NCBI GenBank assembly: GCA_963840455.1
Contig: CAWIYV010000007.1
Span: 96,001-160,000, forward strand
Direction of reading: 5' to 3'
Source: Nitrospirota bacterium
GTDB taxonomy: Bacteria; Nitrospirota; UBA9217
DNA length: 64,000 bases
In this document: one piece after another, positions 60,296 to 64,000 of the stretch
Numbering within the stretch: position 1 is the first letter of the stretch
How the letters are laid out: the number at the start of each line of letters is the position of its first letter
The notes under the pieces: model-generated
Told to the model about the DNA's origin: nothing
Seen by the model: the letters and a program-made list of their open reading frames with translations, nothing else
The model's database searches: none
Translations under genes and position numbers: made by a program

Positions 60296-61648
60296 ATGGA
60301 AAGGCTCTCATTGAAAACGGTCTTGTTGCTACTGGCCTTGTTCGTGTCAGTGGCAGGTATCATGGCTGGCAGTGCCATCGCCGAAGAGGCAGCGGCCCCG
60401 GTTGCAGTATCGGCATCGGTGCCTGCGCCGCCGAAGATCGACACGGGCGACACGGCGTGGATGATCGTGGCGACGGCACTCGTCATGCTCATGTCCATAC
60501 CGGGGCTGGCGCTCTTCTACGGCGGTCTGGCGAAGACCAAGGACACCCTGAACACCATGGCAATGACCTTTGTCACATTCTGCATCGCCAGTCTGCTCTG
60601 GGTTGTCTACGGGTATTCATTCTCCTTCGTTGGCGACATCGGCAGTGTTATCGGCAGCGCATCGCGGCTGTTCCTGAAGGGGATAGGGCCAAACAGCATC
60701 TCGGACCTGGCGAAGACGATCCCTGAGTACATCTTCATCGCGTACCAGCTTACCTTCGCGGCGATCACTGTGGCGCTGGCGAGCGGCGCTTATATCGAAC
60801 GCATGAAGTTCTCGGCCTGGGTGCTCTTCACGGTGCTCTGGTTCACCGTGGTCTACCTTCCGGTGGCCCACTGGGTCTGGGGAGGCGGATTCCTGGCGAA
60901 GCTCGGCGCGCTGGATTTCGCCGGAGGAACGGTCGTTCATGTGAATGCGGGCATCGCGGCGCTCGTGGGCGCCCTCATCCTCGGAAAGCGGCGCGCGAAG
61001 GCGATCATGCCGGGCAACCTGACGCTCGTCGTGACCGGCGCGGGGCTCCTATGGTTCGGCTGGTTCGGGTTCAACGCAGGGTCGGCGCTCGCGGCCAACG
61101 GGCTCGCTGGAGCGGCCTTCATCAACACCAACACTGCGGCAGCGGTCGCGGCGCTTGCCTGGATGTTCGTGGAATGGATGCATTCCGGCAAGCCAACGGT
61201 CCTGGGTCTCGCCTCGGGCGCGGTGGGCGGCCTGGTCGCCATCACCCCGGCGGCGGGCTTCGTGAACATCGGCGGGTCCATCATCATCGGCATCGCGGCG
61301 GGCGTGGTACCGTTCTATGCAGTGGCGAAGCTGAAGCCCCTGCTCGGCTATGACGACACGCTCGACGCCTTTGGCATCCATGGCATCGGCGGCACCCTCG
61401 GTGCGGTCCTGACCGGCGTGTTCGCCGACCCGGCGATCAACGAGGCCGGGAAGGGCCTGCTGTACGGGAACGCGGGCCAGCTCTGGATACAGATCGTGGC
61501 GGTCCTGGCCACGCTGGTCTACAGCGGCATCATGACGGCAATCATCTTCTTCATCATCAAGGCCGTCGTCGGTCTTCGGGTCGACACGGAAGAGGAGACG
61601 ATCGGGCTCGATGAGACCGAGCACGGAGAGCGGGCGTACAATTCATAA
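60296..61648 (+). CDS. amtB: ammonium transporter 2
   Basis: PGLALFYGG, DFAGGTVVH, WFGWFGFNAGS, DDTLDAFGIHG. Confidence 0.96.
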   Translation: MERLSLKTVLLLLALFVSVAGIMAGSAIAEEAAAPVAVSASVPAPPKIDTGDTAWMIVATALVMLMSIPGLALFYGGLAKTKDTLNTMAMTFVTFCIASLLWVVYGYSFSFVGDIGSVIGSASRLFLKGIGPNSISDLAKTIPEYIFIAYQLTFAAITVALASGAYIERMKFSAWVLFTVLWFTVVYLPVAHWVWGGGFLAKLGALDFAGGTVVHVNAGIAALVGALILGKRRAKAIMPGNLTLVVTGAGLLWFGWFGFNAGSALAANGLAGAAFINTNTAAAVAALAWMFVEWMHSGKPTVLGLASGAVGGLVAITPAAGFVNIGGSIIIGIAAGVVPFYAVAKLKPLLGYDDTLDAFGIHGIGGTLGAVLTGVFADPAINEAGKGLLYGNAGQLWIQIVAVLATLVYSGIMTAIIFFIIKAVVGLRVDTEEETIGLDETEHGERAYNS

Positions 61649-61733
61649 TAAATTCGTAAGGCGCCAGGTGAATGGCTAAGACGGTTGACATCGTTCAACC
61701 ATTATGCCTGCCCCCTCACGGAGCTTACTATAA

Positions 61734-62081
<348 letters not shown>

Positions 62082-62108
62082 TCCGGCTGAATGCAGGAAA
62101 CAGAATAA

Positions 62109-62142
62109 GGCCCGGCAGGAGAACCTGCCGGGCCTTTTTTTC
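62109..62142 (+). terminator. intrinsic terminator
   Basis: GGCCCGGCAGG/CCTGCCGGGCC plus T-run. Resembles the terminator after the first glnK. Confidence 0.9.
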
Positions 62143-62469
62143 ATCTCACTGACGTCGGTTCATTGCGTCAGTTGTGCCGAAGGTGCGGGTTCTGAGACTG
62201 CCCGTTGCGCAGCCCGGGCCCTCTCATGTTCCATGCATTCGGTGGTCATGAGCATCCCGGACAAGGACATCACCATCCTTGAGAGTGAAGGCAGTTTTTT
62301 TTGCAGCAATACGCCAGGAGCGGACCGTCCGAACCTGCCCATAAATTACTCACCTGCCTCATGATTCATCATGCTGTACGTGCGTAGCCCGTGCTATCTG
62401 GGTGCTCTGTACCGGTCAAGGATGAATGAAATCAAATAGTTTCCCATGATTCAAACCTGCCTGTTCTCA

Positions 62470-62485
62470 TGGCACATCACTTGCT
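62470..62485 (+). promoter_or_regulatory. sigma54 promoter
   Basis: TGGCACATCACTTGCT, with an IHF-like AATCAAATAGTTT about 40 bp upstream. Confidence 0.85.
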
Positions 62486-62541
62486 TAATTATTAGGATGA
62501 TGCGCAACTGCTGTTCATTTTTCCCTGAAGGAGACTTACGC

Positions 62542-63873
62542 ATGATGACCCCGTTGAGCAAGGTTTCGGCAGTGGTTTTCCTCATCGTTCTCGCCCTGGC
62601 GCTTCTGCCGGCGCCGGTCCTGGCAGAAGAGGCCGCGGCCGCTGCGACCAGGATCGACACGGGAGACACGGCGTGGATACTCATCTCGACGGCGCTCGTG
62701 ATGCTCATGACACCGGGGCTCGCCATGTTCTACGGCGGCATGGTGCGGAGCAAGAACGTGCTCGGCACCATCATGCACAGCTTCATTGCCATTGCCCTCG
62801 TGAGCGTGCAGTGGGTGCTTTTCGGATATTCGCTTGCCTTCGGACCCGACGTGAACGGCCTGATCGGAAACCTCAGCTGGGCCGGCCTTGCGGGCGTCGG
62901 GACTGCCCCGAATGCCGACTACGCGGCTACAGTGCCGCACCTTGCGTTCATGGCCTACCAGATGATGTTCGCCGTCATCACGCCGGCGCTCATCAGCGGT
63001 GCGTTCGCGGAGCGGATGAAGTTCTCGGCCTACCTTGTTTTCACCCTGGCCTGGACCACGATCGTCTATGATCCGGTGGCGCACTGGGTCTGGGGTGCAG
63101 GCGGCTGGATGAAAGGCCTGGGCGTGCTGGACTTCGCCGGAGGCATCGTGGTCCATGCCACGTCAGGGTTCTCGGCGCTGGCCGCTGCGCTCTACATCGG
63201 AAAACGGAAGGGCTTTCTGCAGGAGTCCATGCCGCCCCACGATCTTCCCCTGACCGTGTTCGGCGCCGGCATCCTGTGGTTCGGCTGGTTCGGTTTCAAC
63301 GCCGGCAGCGCGCTGTCGGCGGGCGGCCTTGCCACGGTCGCGTTCGTGACAACCCATCTGGCAGCGGTCGCGGCGACCCTCACCTGGACCCTGGTGGAAT
63401 GGTATCATCGCGGGAAGCCGACCATGTTCGGCGCTGCCACCGGCGCCATCGCCGGTCTTGCCACGATCACTCCCGCGGCAGGCTTCGTGAGCCCCATGGC
63501 GTCCCTAGCCATCGGCGCCAGCGCCGGCCTGCTGTGCTACACGGCCCTGAACGCCAAGGTGAAGTTCCGGTACGATGATTCGCTCGACGCCTTCGGCGTG
63601 CATGGTGTCGGCGGCACGCTCGGCACGGTCATGGCGGGCGTCTTCGCGTCAACGGCCATCAATGCCGGCGGGGCGGACGGACTTTTCTTCGGCAACCCCC
63701 GCCAGCTTGCCATCCAGGCGGGCTCGGTGCTGCTTATTGCCGCTTACTCCTTCGCGGTCAGCATAGGGCTGTTCAAGGTGCTTGATATGACGATGGGGCT
63801 GCGGGTCGCCAGGGACGAGGAGATCGAGGGGCTCGATATCACCCAGCATGGGGAGCAGGGGTATATGCACTGA
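62542..63873 (+). CDS. amtB: ammonium transporter 3
   Basis: PGLAMFYGG, DFAGGIVVH, WFGWFGFNAGS, DDSLDAFGVHG. Confidence 0.96.
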   Translation: MMTPLSKVSAVVFLIVLALALLPAPVLAEEAAAAATRIDTGDTAWILISTALVMLMTPGLAMFYGGMVRSKNVLGTIMHSFIAIALVSVQWVLFGYSLAFGPDVNGLIGNLSWAGLAGVGTAPNADYAATVPHLAFMAYQMMFAVITPALISGAFAERMKFSAYLVFTLAWTTIVYDPVAHWVWGAGGWMKGLGVLDFAGGIVVHATSGFSALAAALYIGKRKGFLQESMPPHDLPLTVFGAGILWFGWFGFNAGSALSAGGLATVAFVTTHLAAVAATLTWTLVEWYHRGKPTMFGAATGAIAGLATITPAAGFVSPMASLAIGASAGLLCYTALNAKVKFRYDDSLDAFGVHGVGGTLGTVMAGVFASTAINAGGADGLFFGNPRQLAIQAGSVLLIAAYSFAVSIGLFKVLDMTMGLRVARDEEIEGLDITQHGEQGYMH

Positions 63874-63881
63874 AGAACCAA

Positions 63882-63995
63882 CAGGGGGACAGGGGGACGA
63901 GAGAACGGACACGGAGACGAGGGGGGAGGGCAAGAGCTTAAGAGCGTAAGACCTCCTTCGTACCTTCCTATCTTCCTACCTTTTTACCTTCGGAC
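63882..63995. repeat. purine/pyrimidine-skewed ~8-nt-period repeat tract
   Basis: GGGGGACA/GGACACGG units followed by TACCTTCC/TATCTTCC/TACCTTTT units. Confidence 0.55.
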
Positions 63996-64000
63996 TTTCG

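Noticed and set aside
62330-62360. NtrC-type enhancer (TGCCCATAAATTACTCA; similar near 60110)
   Set aside because: The position is plausible but the palindrome is too weak to call by eye.

Overview
This is a GC-rich bacterial chromosomal window. Gene content resembles Nitrospirota or deltaproteobacteria (inference only). In order it holds: a housekeeping block (cimA, rseC-like, EF-G-like, three M16 peptidases, dut, mutL-terC-miaA-hfq-mtnP-pfkB, TPR lipoprotein-rodZ); copA, gcvT and mtnA; an L-Ara4N (arn) operon; pstSCAB-phoU with a Pho box and separated phoB/phoR; an archaeal-type SAM synthetase; a haem-c hybrid kinase; and a sigma54-driven nitrogen island (degenerate NifB-like radical SAM, porin, three amt, two glnK). 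Three signals stand out. (1) A complete 4.8-kb integron (intI, attI, five cassettes) splits the arn operon between arnA and arnD and is flanked by a GTTAA direct repeat, as if it inserted as one unit. (2) A family of 46-113 bp IS200/IS605-like miniature elements inserts after TGAA, forms tandem arrays and has hit intI twice. (3) A GxxExxY nuclease-like gene is bracketed by about 9-nt-periodic inverted repeats whose gene-less versions sit in many intergenic gaps, which suggests an undescribed mobile-repeat system. No rRNA, tRNA or CRISPR array was seen.
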